Positions 17,744-27,700 of a stretch of DNA of 64,000 nt are shown piece after piece. The notes beneath the pieces are model-generated. The model ran no database searches. It was not told the DNA's origin and saw only the letters and a program-made list of their open reading frames with translations. The first letter of the stretch is position 1; every line of letters begins with the position of its first letter. Source of the DNA: an uncultured Clostridia bacterium (GTDB taxonomy: Bacteria > Bacillota > Clostridia > Christensenellales > UBA1242); the NCBI GenBank assembly GCA_944349765.1, contig CALVNN010000003.1, positions 5,786 to 69,785 on the forward strand, given 5' to 3'. The translations under genes were made by a program, and so were the position numbers.

Positions 17744-17771
17744 CATATTGGGCGGGGAGGGTGCATAGTAT
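17744..17771 (+). promoter_or_regulatory. candidate sigma-E-type sporulation promoter upstream of spoIVA
   Basis: CATATT (17744-17749), a 14-nt spacer, then CATAGTAT (17764-17771). The remembered B. subtilis sigma-E consensus is xHATAxx, 14 nt, CATACAHT. Confidence 0.4.
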
Positions 17772-17799
17772 ATAGCAAGTTTTATTAACGGAGGTTTGA

Positions 17800-19278
17800 A
17801 TGAAACAGTTTGATGTATATGAAGACATTGCCGAGCGTACTAATGGTGATATTTATGTCGGTGTTGTCGGTCCGGTTAGATGTGGTAAGTCTACATTTAT
17901 TACGAAATTTATGAATCTTTTAGTATTACCTAATATCACCAATAAATATAGTCTTGAGAGGGCTAAAGACGAGTTACCACAATCTGGCGATGGGAAAACT
18001 GTTATGACCACTCAGCCTAAGTTTGTGCCTAACGAGGCGGTTAAGATAAGTATAAAGGACAAAGTGGAATTGAATGTCCGAATGATTGACTGTGTTGGGT
18101 ATATGGTGGCGGGGGCTCTTGGTGCTGAAGAAAATGACAGACCACGTTTAGTGAAGACACCTTGGAGTGACAAGGAGATGCCTTTTGAAGAGGCTGCGGA
18201 AGTAGGTACTTCTAAGGTAATAGAGGATCATAGTACGATAGCCATACTTATGACTACTGATGGGAGTATAACAGACATAGAGCGAGAAAATTATGTAAGT
18301 GCTGAGGAAAAGGTGGCTACTAAATTAACCAAAGCTAATAAACCTTTTGTAATAGTAGTGAATACCTTGTCTCCAAAAAGTGACAAGACCAAAGCTTTGG
18401 TAAACGAACTAGAACAAAAATACAATGCCCCTGTATTAGCACTTGACGTAGATAAACTGGATGAGGATGATATTGATGATATATTTGAAAAGATGCTTAC
18501 TCAATTCCCACTTGTCAGCATAAAAGTTAAACTTCCTAACTGGCTACAAGCCTTGCCTTTTGACAATGCACTTATTCAAGAGATAATTACAGAAGTTAGC
18601 TCTATGGCTGATGGTGTCAAAAAGATAGGCGATTTTAAGAGCGATAATGTACTATTTATGGATAGTGACAAGTTTGAGCCTTTGGTAGTGCAAAATATTA
18701 AGATGGGTGAGGGCAAGATAATATTTGAAGTCGTACCTAAGCCACATCTATTTTACAGCGTGCTTAGCGAACAGTGCGGGACTGAGATTCAGGATGATTT
18801 CCATTTGATTAGTTATTTGAAACAATTAACTCACGCAAAGAGTGAATACGACAAACTAAAAGTAGCACTTGCCGAGGTGGAAGAGACTGGTTATGGAGTA
18901 GTTTATCCGAACTTAGATGAGATGAAACTCGAAGAGCCTCAAATTGTTAAGCAAGGTAATAGGTCGGGTATACGCTTGAGAGCGAGTGCACCGAGCTTAC
19001 ACATTATGAAAGTAGATGTTGAGACCGAAATCAATCCTATAGTTGGTAATGAGATGCAAAGTGAAGAGCTTGTAAAGGATTTGTTGAATGAATATGAGTC
19101 TAATCCTTTGGGCCTATGGCAGACCAATATGTTTGGTAAGTCATTGCATCAATTAGTTAAAGAGGGATTGACTGGCAAGTTAAATGCTATGCCTGTAGAT
19201 GTGCAACGCAAAATGCGTAAGACCTTGACTAGAGTAATAAACGAGGGCAAGGGCGGAGTAATCTGTATACTACTTTAA
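17800..19278 (+). CDS. spoIVA: stage IV sporulation protein A (spore coat morphogenetic ATPase)
   Basis: N-terminus MKQFDVYEDIAERTNGDIYVGVVGPVRCGKSTFI carries the Walker A motif. Both the 492-aa length and the C-terminal GGVICILL-type ending are typical of SpoIVA. Confidence 0.9.
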   Translation: MKQFDVYEDIAERTNGDIYVGVVGPVRCGKSTFITKFMNLLVLPNITNKYSLERAKDELPQSGDGKTVMTTQPKFVPNEAVKISIKDKVELNVRMIDCVGYMVAGALGAEENDRPRLVKTPWSDKEMPFEEAAEVGTSKVIEDHSTIAILMTTDGSITDIERENYVSAEEKVATKLTKANKPFVIVVNTLSPKSDKTKALVNELEQKYNAPVLALDVDKLDEDDIDDIFEKMLTQFPLVSIKVKLPNWLQALPFDNALIQEIITEVSSMADGVKKIGDFKSDNVLFMDSDKFEPLVVQNIKMGEGKIIFEVVPKPHLFYSVLSEQCGTEIQDDFHLISYLKQLTHAKSEYDKLKVALAEVEETGYGVVYPNLDEMKLEEPQIVKQGNRSGIRLRASAPSLHIMKVDVETEINPIVGNEMQSEELVKDLLNEYESNPLGLWQTNMFGKSLHQLVKEGLTGKLNAMPVDVQRKMRKTLTRVINEGKGGVICILL

Positions 19279-19284
19279 AAATAT

Positions 19285-19318
19285 AGTTAAAAGAGTAAAA
19301 TCTTTTAACTTTTTTTTG
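19285..19318 (+). terminator. rho-independent terminator
   Basis: AGTTAAAAG/CTTTTAACT stem followed by a T-run. Confidence 0.75.
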
Positions 19319-19414
19319 TTCTATGATGGGATATTTTTTAAGTTTTTCATTCTTGCATAACGCATACTATTATGTTATAATAAACATTATATATGTAAAA
19401 AGGAGGCTACAAGT

Positions 19415-20674
19415 ATGTTTGTTGATTACGCTGTAATTACTATCAAGGCAGGTAATGGGGGTGACGGTTCGGCACATTTTTTGAGAGATGCACACCATAT
19501 TGCTGGCGGTCCTGATGGCGGTAATGGTGGTAAGGGCGGTGATGTGTATTTTGTAGCCGACCCTCAAAAGAGTAACTTGGTGGATTTTTATTATACCAAA
19601 AAGTTTGTTGCTGGTAATGGCGGTAATGGTGGCGGGCAAAATTGCAATGGTAAGCGTGGTGAGGATCTAATCATCAAAGTGCCTAGAGGTACTGTAATAA
19701 AAGACAAACAAGGTAATGTAATTGCTGATATTATAGGTGATGAGCCTGTACGTGTGTTGCGTGGTGGTAAAGGTGGTAGAGGTAATACGTTTTATGCTAC
19801 TGCTACAAGACAAACACCAAATTTTGCACAAACTGGTGAGTTGGTCAAAGCTTATAAGGTCGTGCTTGAGTTAAAACTAATTGCTGATGTAGGCTTGGTT
19901 GGATTGCCTAATGTCGGAAAATCTACTGTATTAAGCTCGGTAAGTAATGCAAAGCCAAAGATAGCGAATTATCATTTTACTACACTTGACCCAAATGTAG
20001 GTGTAGTCAAGTACAAAGACAAGGCTTTTGTTGTAGCAGACATTCCTGGGCTTATTGAGGGAGCTAGTGAGGGGGCTGGTCTTGGGCATAAGTTTTTAAG
20101 GCATATTGAACGTACTAGGATGCTAGTACACGTGGTGGATATTAGCGGTATTGAGGGAACTGACCCTGTGGCTAGTTTTAAGTTAATAAATGAGGAATTA
20201 AGAAAGTATAGTGATAAACTAGCTTCAAAAAAGATGATTATTGCTCTAAATAAATGTGATTTGTTACCACCAGAGAGTACGGCTATAGATGATTTTAGGC
20301 GTCAATTTCCTGATTATACGATAGTGCCAATAAGTGCCGCTACTATGAAAGGTGTTGAAGACCTTATTATTGAAATACTAAAGGTATTAAATACTTTACC
20401 AGTTGAAATAGAGCACGAAGAAGGCGGTTTTGTTCTGGATGAGCGAGACGTCACTAGTCTTAATGTAGAGCTTAATGAGGACGGCGTATACGTGGTGAGT
20501 GGCGGTAAAATTGATGAGCTAGTTCGGGGTATAGTGCTGACCGATACTCAAAGCTTTGCTTATTTTCAAAAACGCCTTAAAAAAGACGGTATTATAGATA
20601 AACTCAAAGAAGCGGGAGCTAAAGAAGGCGACGATGTTATGATAAATAATATTATGTTCACTATGGTTGATTAG
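19415..20674 (+). CDS. obg: GTPase Obg/CgtA
   Basis: MFVDYAVITIKAGNGGDGSAHF, a glycine-rich Obg fold, GLPNVGKST and DIPGLIEGA G-motifs, and a C-terminal OCT-like domain. Confidence 0.9.
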   Translation: MFVDYAVITIKAGNGGDGSAHFLRDAHHIAGGPDGGNGGKGGDVYFVADPQKSNLVDFYYTKKFVAGNGGNGGGQNCNGKRGEDLIIKVPRGTVIKDKQGNVIADIIGDEPVRVLRGGKGGRGNTFYATATRQTPNFAQTGELVKAYKVVLELKLIADVGLVGLPNVGKSTVLSSVSNAKPKIANYHFTTLDPNVGVVKYKDKAFVVADIPGLIEGASEGAGLGHKFLRHIERTRMLVHVVDISGIEGTDPVASFKLINEELRKYSDKLASKKMIIALNKCDLLPPESTAIDDFRRQFPDYTIVPISAATMKGVEDLIIEILKVLNTLPVEIEHEEGGFVLDERDVTSLNVELNEDGVYVVSGGKIDELVRGIVLTDTQSFAYFQKRLKKDGIIDKLKEAGAKEGDDVMINNIMFTMVD

Positions 20675-20682
20675 GAGGGAGT

Positions 20683-20976
20683 ATGATTACTACTAAAGAA
20701 CGCAGTAAATTAAAATCTATCAGTATGAATATGCAAGATGGGGTTATTGTCGGTAAGGATGGGTTAACGGATAACGTAGTCACAAGCGTTGAAAAGTTAC
20801 TAGAAGCTAAGGAGATTGTTAAGGTAAAGGTCTTAAACAATTCTGACATTACCCCAAGAGAACTTTGTGGTAAGCTGTGTGAGGCTTTAAGAGCCGAACC
20901 TGTGCTAGTTATAGGCAACAAGGCTGTAATTTATAGACGCAGACAGTCCGATGATAAACCTCATTTGTTAGACTGA
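20683..20976 (+). CDS. yhbY: YhbY/CRM-domain RNA-binding protein
   Basis: 97 aa. KERSKLKSISMNMQDGVIVGKDGLTDNVV...VKVKVL pattern. Confidence 0.75.
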   Translation: MITTKERSKLKSISMNMQDGVIVGKDGLTDNVVTSVEKLLEAKEIVKVKVLNNSDITPRELCGKLCEALRAEPVLVIGNKAVIYRRRQSDDKPHLLD

Positions 20977-20986
20977 TTGTAAATAG

Positions 20987-21017
20987 AAAAAATAGACTCT
21001 TCATAGTCTATTTTTTT
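20987..21017. terminator. bidirectional rho-independent terminator between convergent genes
   Basis: AAAAAATAGACT/AGTCTATTTTTT stem flanked by A-runs and T-runs. Confidence 0.8.
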
Positions 21018-21022
21018 ATGGG

Positions 21023-22042
21023 TTAACTATTAAATTTTTCCATTACTTTCATTGCTATTGAATTATCAACCAAATCAGAAAAAGCAACTTTTGCGTCCAA
21101 ATATCCCGCATCTACCATAATAGTTTGTAATTTATCTAGTGCGTTAGCATTCATAACTGGAGTATTATTCCACGCGTCAATCATCTTGTAGCTTTCTACT
21201 GCTTTCTTTATAGATTCTAGACTAGTGCCTGCAAAGGATGGTTCTAGGGCTTTCGCTACGTCATCAAGCGAATTGTTCATTATATAGTAGTAGCCTTTCA
21301 TTACGGCGGTTAAGAATTTTTCAATTTTTTCTTGGTTATTTTTTAAATAATCTTCTTTTGCCATAAAAGCAGTATATGGGATTTCACCACTTGCTTGACC
21401 TACACTAGCTACAATATAGCCTTTTTCAAGTGCTTCATATTCACTAGCTGTTGGTTCAAACATTGTACAATATGAATCAGTACTTGCTTCAAAAGCAGCA
21501 GTTACCATATTAAACGCATGCTCTAGATTTAGCTTGGTGTCTACATTGCCACCGATTTCATCACCAGGCTTCAGACCATTTTGCTCTAATACATATTGAA
21601 GTACCATAGCAGGAACTCCGCCTCGACGTCCACCTATAATTTCCTTACCTTTAAGATCTGACCATTCAAAGTCTGGGTCAGGTGTCTTACTCATTAGGAA
21701 TGAACCGTCACGCTTAGTTAGCTGACCAAATATTACAGGGGAGTTTTGAGCACCTTCAGATACCACATATATCGCAGCTTCTGGTCCCATAAGACCTATA
21801 TCTGCCTCATTGCTAAGTATCGCCGCCATAGATTTATCTGCACCACCACCATTAGTAAGTTCGACGGTGAGCCCCTCTTCTTCAAAGTAATCATTGTTTA
21901 TTGCTACATATAATGGAGCATAAAATATACTATGTGTAACTTCATTTAATCTTATTACATTCGAGGAGGTTGTTCCACACCCTGCGAGCATAAAAGATAG
22001 TGATAATACTAATGCACAAACAAATATGCTAAGTTTTTTCAT
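21023..22042 (-). CDS. ABC-transporter substrate-binding lipoprotein, NMT1/THI5-like (NitT/TauT family)
   Basis: Lipobox ...FMLAGCGT. IRLNEVTHSIFYAPLYVA, GGGADKSMAAILSNEADIG and GGRRGGVPAMVLQY are typical of this SBP family. Confidence 0.7.
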   Translation of the reverse strand: MKKLSIFVCALVLSLSFMLAGCGTTSSNVIRLNEVTHSIFYAPLYVAINNDYFEEEGLTVELTNGGGADKSMAAILSNEADIGLMGPEAAIYVVSEGAQNSPVIFGQLTKRDGSFLMSKTPDPDFEWSDLKGKEIIGGRRGGVPAMVLQYVLEQNGLKPGDEIGGNVDTKLNLEHAFNMVTAAFEASTDSYCTMFEPTASEYEALEKGYIVASVGQASGEIPYTAFMAKEDYLKNNQEKIEKFLTAVMKGYYYIMNNSLDDVAKALEPSFAGTSLESIKKAVESYKMIDAWNNTPVMNANALDKLQTIMVDAGYLDAKVAFSDLVDNSIAMKVMEKFNS

Positions 22043-22184
22043 TTAATTCTCCTTTTGTATATAGTTACAAAATATTCTATTCATTAAATTTTATATTTGT
22101 TAAAAATTTATAGAAAAGGCTTGAAATTTGCAACTTTGTTTGCTATAATTTTAATAACTAGATTTAAAAAGGTTGGCGTGATTT

Positions 22185-22445
22185 ATGAATTTTGATACAA
22201 TTTATTTATTAGCAGACTTGGCAGATTGGTTTGCAAACCCTTTGGCTGTACTTGGCGTAGTGCTTGCGGCTATTGGTTTGGCTACCGCATTTATTGCTAA
22301 GCGTATTACGAAAGCTGTTCGTCATACAGATAATATTGATACCTCAGATAAGTTATATGTAGGTATTTGCTTGTTTGGCTTGGTGATGATTTTGGTGGCC
22401 TTGGTTTTGGTGGCTGTGGCTTCATCACAATTGCCTGAAGTATAA
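22185..22445 (+). CDS. small membrane protein (2 TM)
   Basis: 86 aa with two hydrophobic helices. A TTGAAA, 17 nt, TATAAT promoter lies upstream and a terminator at 22449-22478 downstream. Confidence 0.55.
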   Translation: MNFDTIYLLADLADWFANPLAVLGVVLAAIGLATAFIAKRITKAVRHTDNIDTSDKLYVGICLFGLVMILVALVLVAVASSQLPEV

Positions 22446-22509
22446 AAGATTACGCATTTTAATGCGTATTTTTTTTGTTTTTTATGATTAATTGGTGTAT
22501 AATAACAAT

Positions 22510-24321
22510 ATGAATGATAAGATTAGAGAAAAATTAAAAAATATGCCTTTAAAGCCAGGCGTCTATATTATGAAAGACATAAATGGTAATGTCATCTATG
22601 TTGGTAAGGCCAAAAGACTAAAAAATCGTGTAAGCAGTTATTTTAACGGTAGTGCCAAGCATACTAAAGTTTTGTCCTTAGTGGAGCATATTACAGATTT
22701 GGATTATATTATTTGTGATACTGAGTACGATGCACTAGCGCTTGAAAGCAATTTGATAAAAAAATATATGCCTTTTTATAACATTCTATTAAAAGACGGT
22801 AAGGCTTACCCTTACATAAGGGTAGACGTGAAATCTCCTTATGGCAAAGTAGAAGTAGTTCGAAAAGTAGCAAATGATGGAGCTAAGTATTTTGGACCTT
22901 ATGTGGAAGGTGTGAGGGCTAGAGAGCTTTTGGAACTTATCAATAATACTTTTTTATTGCCTAACTGTAATCATAAACTAAGTGTTGATAAGCCTATTAA
23001 ACCTTGTATAAATTATAGTATGGGGTTGTGCGTCGCACCTTGTGCGCATTATGTGACGCCTCTTGAGTATAAGCAAAGACTAGATAAGGTAATTGATTTT
23101 TTAAATGGCAACGATAGTGCTATAGAAGAAGAATTAAGATCACAGATGGATGAAGCTGTCCAAAAGGAAGATTTTGAGAGGGCAATTAAGCTAAGAGATT
23201 ATTTAAAAGTTGTGAGTAAATTAAATAGCAAGGTGATAGCTCAGTTGCCTAAGACTTTAAGTGCGGACATTATTGCATATATAAGTAATGGTATCAATAA
23301 TAGTATTGCGATAGGGTCGATTAGGGCTGGTAAGCTATTAGGTATATTCACGCAGTCTACTGACCTTATGGATGATAATATGCTAGAGGATTTTGTGGTG
23401 CATTACTATTCAGATAGACTTATACCGAGTGAAATATATATAAATAGACCTATTTCACAAGAGGTGGCTAAATATCTTGGTACTTTGGCTAACCATAAAG
23501 TAGAAATATACGAGCCTCAAAAAGGTGTAAAAAAAGCGCTTTTAGATATGGCTATAAAAAATGCTAACCAACACTTCATAAAGTCTAGTGATAGGTCGAC
23601 TATTGTCTACAATAAGACTTTAGGTGCTGTGTATAGCTTGCAAGAAGAGTTGCATTTACCAAAGCCACCTATGAGGATAGAATGTTATGATATTTCGCAT
23701 ATAAGTGGTACTTATAAAGTGGGTTCTATGGTGGTGTTTATAGGCGGACAACCAGCCAAAAATCATTATAGGAAGTTTAAAATCAAAGAAGTAGAGGGAA
23801 ATAACGACTTTGAGAGCTTAAAAGAGGTCTTAAAGCGACGACTGGGTAATATAATTGAGGGGAACGATGATGTGAGTCTTGGTGCGGTGCCTGACCTTAT
23901 GGTAATTGATGGCGGTAAAGGGCAACTTAGTAGTGTAATGGAAATATTTGAATCACTTAATAATCCTATCACTAATCAGATAAAAGTAGTGTCATTAGCT
24001 AAGCGTATTGAAGAGGTGTTTACACCGCATAATAGTGAGCCTATTATATTAGACCATCATCATTACTCACTGAAATTACTTCAAAAAATTCGTGACGAGG
24101 CACATAGGTTTGCTATAACGTTTCACCGCTCTTTAAGAGGAAAAGGGATGATAGTAAGTGTGTTAGATGATATAGAAGGAGTGGGCGAGAAGAGAAAGCT
24201 GGCATTGATTAAGCATTTTAAGTCGTTAGAAAATATGAAAAATGCGTCACTTGCAGAATTAGAAAGCGTAGAGGGCATAAATAAAAAAGTCGCTTTAAGC
24301 ATATATAACGCATTGCATTAA
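22510..24321 (+). CDS. uvrC: excinuclease ABC subunit C
   Basis: GIY-YIG N-terminus (PGVYIMKDINGNVIYVGKAKRLKNRV), a UvrBC-interaction region, an Endo-V-like domain and a C-terminal (HhH)2. The ATG at 22510 is preferred to the TTG at 22492. Confidence 0.9.
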   Translation: MNDKIREKLKNMPLKPGVYIMKDINGNVIYVGKAKRLKNRVSSYFNGSAKHTKVLSLVEHITDLDYIICDTEYDALALESNLIKKYMPFYNILLKDGKAYPYIRVDVKSPYGKVEVVRKVANDGAKYFGPYVEGVRARELLELINNTFLLPNCNHKLSVDKPIKPCINYSMGLCVAPCAHYVTPLEYKQRLDKVIDFLNGNDSAIEEELRSQMDEAVQKEDFERAIKLRDYLKVVSKLNSKVIAQLPKTLSADIIAYISNGINNSIAIGSIRAGKLLGIFTQSTDLMDDNMLEDFVVHYYSDRLIPSEIYINRPISQEVAKYLGTLANHKVEIYEPQKGVKKALLDMAIKNANQHFIKSSDRSTIVYNKTLGAVYSLQEELHLPKPPMRIECYDISHISGTYKVGSMVVFIGGQPAKNHYRKFKIKEVEGNNDFESLKEVLKRRLGNIIEGNDDVSLGAVPDLMVIDGGKGQLSSVMEIFESLNNPITNQIKVVSLAKRIEEVFTPHNSEPIILDHHHYSLKLLQKIRDEAHRFAITFHRSLRGKGMIVSVLDDIEGVGEKRKLALIKHFKSLENMKNASLAELESVEGINKKVALSIYNALH

Positions 24322-24346
24322 AAGCTACCAGTAATGGTAGCTTTTT
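24321..24346 (+). terminator. rho-independent terminator
   Basis: AAAGCTACCA/TGGTAGCTTT stem followed by Ts. Confidence 0.8.
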
Positions 24347-24471
24347 AGTTTAAATAACATTTAGTATTTTTTAGTCAAAAATGATGGTTTTAATAATTGT
24401 ATAATATTTAATTGTGTTTAGAAGAAAATACTTGATTTTAGTTTTAATATATGTTAGACTAATAAAGTTAT

Positions 24472-24560
24472 AGAGAGGTGTCTGAGTGGTCTATGGTGCT
24501 GCCTTGGAAAGGCAGTGTTGTGTTGAGCAACCGCAGGTTCGAATCCTGTCCTCTCTGCCA
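24472..24560 (+). tRNA. tRNA-Ser (anticodon GGA), CCA encoded
   Basis: Acceptor stem AGAGAGG/CCTCTCT. Anticodon stem CTGCC/GGCAG with loop TTGGAAA. Long variable arm, a GGTTCGAATCC T-arm and a terminal GCCA. Confidence 0.9.
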
Positions 24561-24713
24561 ACAATAAAAATCCTCCCAAAATTTGGGGGATTTCTTTTAT
24601 TTTAGGTGCAATTTAGGTGCAATTAGCTACATTTATTTTATATTATAAATGGAAATAACATTTTAATAAGTTAATTGTGAGCGTAGTCGTTTAGAGTTAT
24701 TATTTGAATGTAT

Positions 24714-24741
24714 TTGACATTGACCTAAAATTTGTTATACT
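24714..24741 (+). promoter_or_regulatory. sigma-A-type promoter (TTGACA, 16 nt, TATACT)
   Basis: -35 at 24714-24719 and -10 at 24736-24741, upstream of the M60-like gene. Confidence 0.5.
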
Positions 24742-24773
24742 AAAATTAATTGTTAGGTGTTAGGGGCGAGTAA

Positions 24774-27700
24774 ATGAAAAAGAGTAAAGTTGCAAGTCTT
24801 TTAGTTTGTATTATATTTGCTGTCTGTTGTTTTACTGGATGTGGACAAGATACTACGTATAAAGTAAAAGACTTAAATGTGTCTTCTGCCGTGCTTAATG
24901 GTATGAAAGTGTATACATATGATGAGATAAAAAATCAGAAGGTTACGATAAGGCAACCTGTAATGGAAGTGTTAGAGCGGGGCTTAAGTAGGACTGAGCC
25001 TCAAGTTATGTTGGATACATTTACATTACCTAATACTGACGTTTCTGTTACTTTTTCCGATTATCCTGGTCAAGGGCATTCGGTCAGTATGACTAATTTT
25101 GAAAAATATATGTTATTAAGGCAAGCGACATATAATAGAGACAATGCACAAGCAATGGCGGAAAATGGAACACTCAAAAAACATCCGGCTGCCGATATGC
25201 AATATGGTGCAGTACCAGTTGCAAATAATGCAGTCAAAAAACGCATCATTACAGATCCTGACTATAAAAATTCTTATCTTACAACGGGGTTGTATTTACC
25301 AGCTGGAGAGATAGCGACTGTTACTATTAGTGGTTTAAAAAATGGTGAAAGCATTCAATTAACTACGCAGTTACAACAATCTTTAGCTTGGGTAGCTGGA
25401 GGTTATTCGAATGAGTCTCAGTACTTTACGGCAATGGATAATCTTATAATACAGGAGTCTCAGTCTGAAAATCCTAATTATAATAGTTTGGATATAAAAT
25501 TGCACTCACAGTATTCAAGACAAAATACTGAAATACCTGTCTTAGGTGTAACATTTACTTTTACTGAAAATAAGACATACAAGATAGGCAGTGCTTTTGG
25601 CGGACAACTACATATTGCTAGTACGAATGCATCTACCCCAGTTAAAATGGAAATAACTGGTTGTGTAGAGACGCCTCATTTTATACTAGGTGTGACAAGC
25701 CCCGAATATTTTGAAGAGTATTTACGAGAAGCTCCAGGTGTGATGTGTACTTTGGACACAGAGAATGGTCAATTAGTCGGTCCAGCTAGCTATATGAGGC
25801 AGACGGATGATATTTTGAAAGTAGCATATATGTGGCATTCTAATTTTGCAATTGATGTTTCTTTTAATGGGCGAGCTTATAACTACGCAAATATTTTGAA
25901 ATTTGACCGTCATGTGCCAGCCGGCAGTGCTGTAGCTCTCAATGCATACGTATCTGCTATGCCTGATGGTTGGTTGGGTTCGTGCTTGAACTTTGAAAAT
26001 TTTAAAAAATACGGCAATTGGGGTACATTACACGAATTAGGACATATGCACGATAATGCTTATGGTATGACATGGGGTATGGCTAGTAATCAAGAGGGCG
26101 AAGTCCGTAATAATGTATTGACAGTCTTAAATTATCTATTAACTTGTGATATGGACCCTAGAATTACTAATATTGAACATGGCGAATCAATGCATCCATT
26201 TACAGCACTTCAAAGTATGCTAAATATATCTAATAAGACAGATTATGCTAATTTAGGCTATTTTGAATGTGTGTCACTATATGCTAATATTATGCATCAA
26301 TTGTCACCTGAAAAATTTGTGGAATTATTGTATTCATATTCAGATACTAAAAGGTACGTAAGCAATTCACGAGCCGATTTTGCCTATAGGCTTAGTGTAG
26401 TATATGGCTTAGATTTTCGTCCTTTCCTTAATGAAATGTATTATGCAAATGTAACTACAGATATGTTTACTGAAGAGCAATTGCTGAATATGGACAAGCT
26501 AGATGAATTTTGGCCTATAGCTTGTTATTATGCGAATGGCGTGGGGAGTAGTGAGACCGCAAGTAAACATAAAGTAGATTTAAAGGCAGAGACAACTTTT
26601 GATTTTGCTAATATGATTATTTGTCCTAAGGATTTTAGTATAGTAGAAATTACGGATGCAAAATATGGATCTATAAAAAAGGTGAATGATACTGAAGTGG
26701 TTTATACTCCGCCAACTGGAAGTTATGAAACGGATGAGTTTTCTGTAATTTGTCAGATAGAAGACGGACTTAAAATAGAGCTTCCTATCCGTTTGCAATT
26801 AACCACAAATGGTGAGTCTGCTTTGGATTTGGGTGATAAACCTATGTTTGTTGCTAGTATAAAAAATTTTACAAGTAAAAACATTATTGATAAATCAAAA
26901 TGGAATGTTATTGAAGCTCCAATTCCTGAGACCGCTAATACTGATCCTAATGTGCTAATTGATGGTAGTGCGTCTACTTATTATCATACTAAATATACTG
27001 GTGGGACAAAGACTCCAATGCCTCATAATTTTGTGATTGATATGGGGCAAGTTAACAAAATTGACTTCTTCCAAGTAGATGTGAGAAATAATGCAAATAG
27101 TTTTGTAAATGATTACGAATTGTATGCATCTATAGGTGGCGAGGAGTATGATTTGATTTCGTCGGGTACGCTTAACTACAATGGCACAACTGCATTAATT
27201 AATTTCAACATCACTGAAGCAAGATATTTAAAATTTGTGGCTGTATCTGCTACAGGGGGAACGTTTACTGTAATTTCTGAGTTTACGACAGGTTTATCAG
27301 CCGAAGTGCAAAAAGTCGTAGCACCAAATGCTGAAGAAAATTTTTATAATGGGTTTGAGACATCAAATCAAGGTGGCGGGCTTGTATCCACTACTAAAGA
27401 CAGCGTGCTTGTAATGTCTTTTGAAGGTGAACAATTTGCTTTGTTTGCTAATACCTCTCAAAACTCGGGTAAAATAGCTGTCTACATAGACGGTGAGTTG
27501 GGGGATATAATAGATTTAAAGGATGAACTATCTTTATCTACTTTAGTCTATAAATCTAAGTTGCTAGAAGATAGACCACATACTGTAGAAATTAAGACAT
27601 TAGATAACTCGGAGGTGCATTTAGGTTATATGACAATAGGTTATGAAGCTACACTACTCAATTCTGCAAATATATATAAAGAACAAGCTTTGACTATAGC

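Noticed and set aside
22492-22509. Upstream alternative starts given in the ORF track (for example TTG 22492 for uvrC, GTG 4906, TTG 34267, GTG 52408, ATG 44204, ATG 10444)
   Set aside because: In each case a downstream ATG sits 6-10 nt after a Shine-Dalgarno sequence and reproduces the conserved N-terminus of the family. The upstream codons overlap or precede the RBS.
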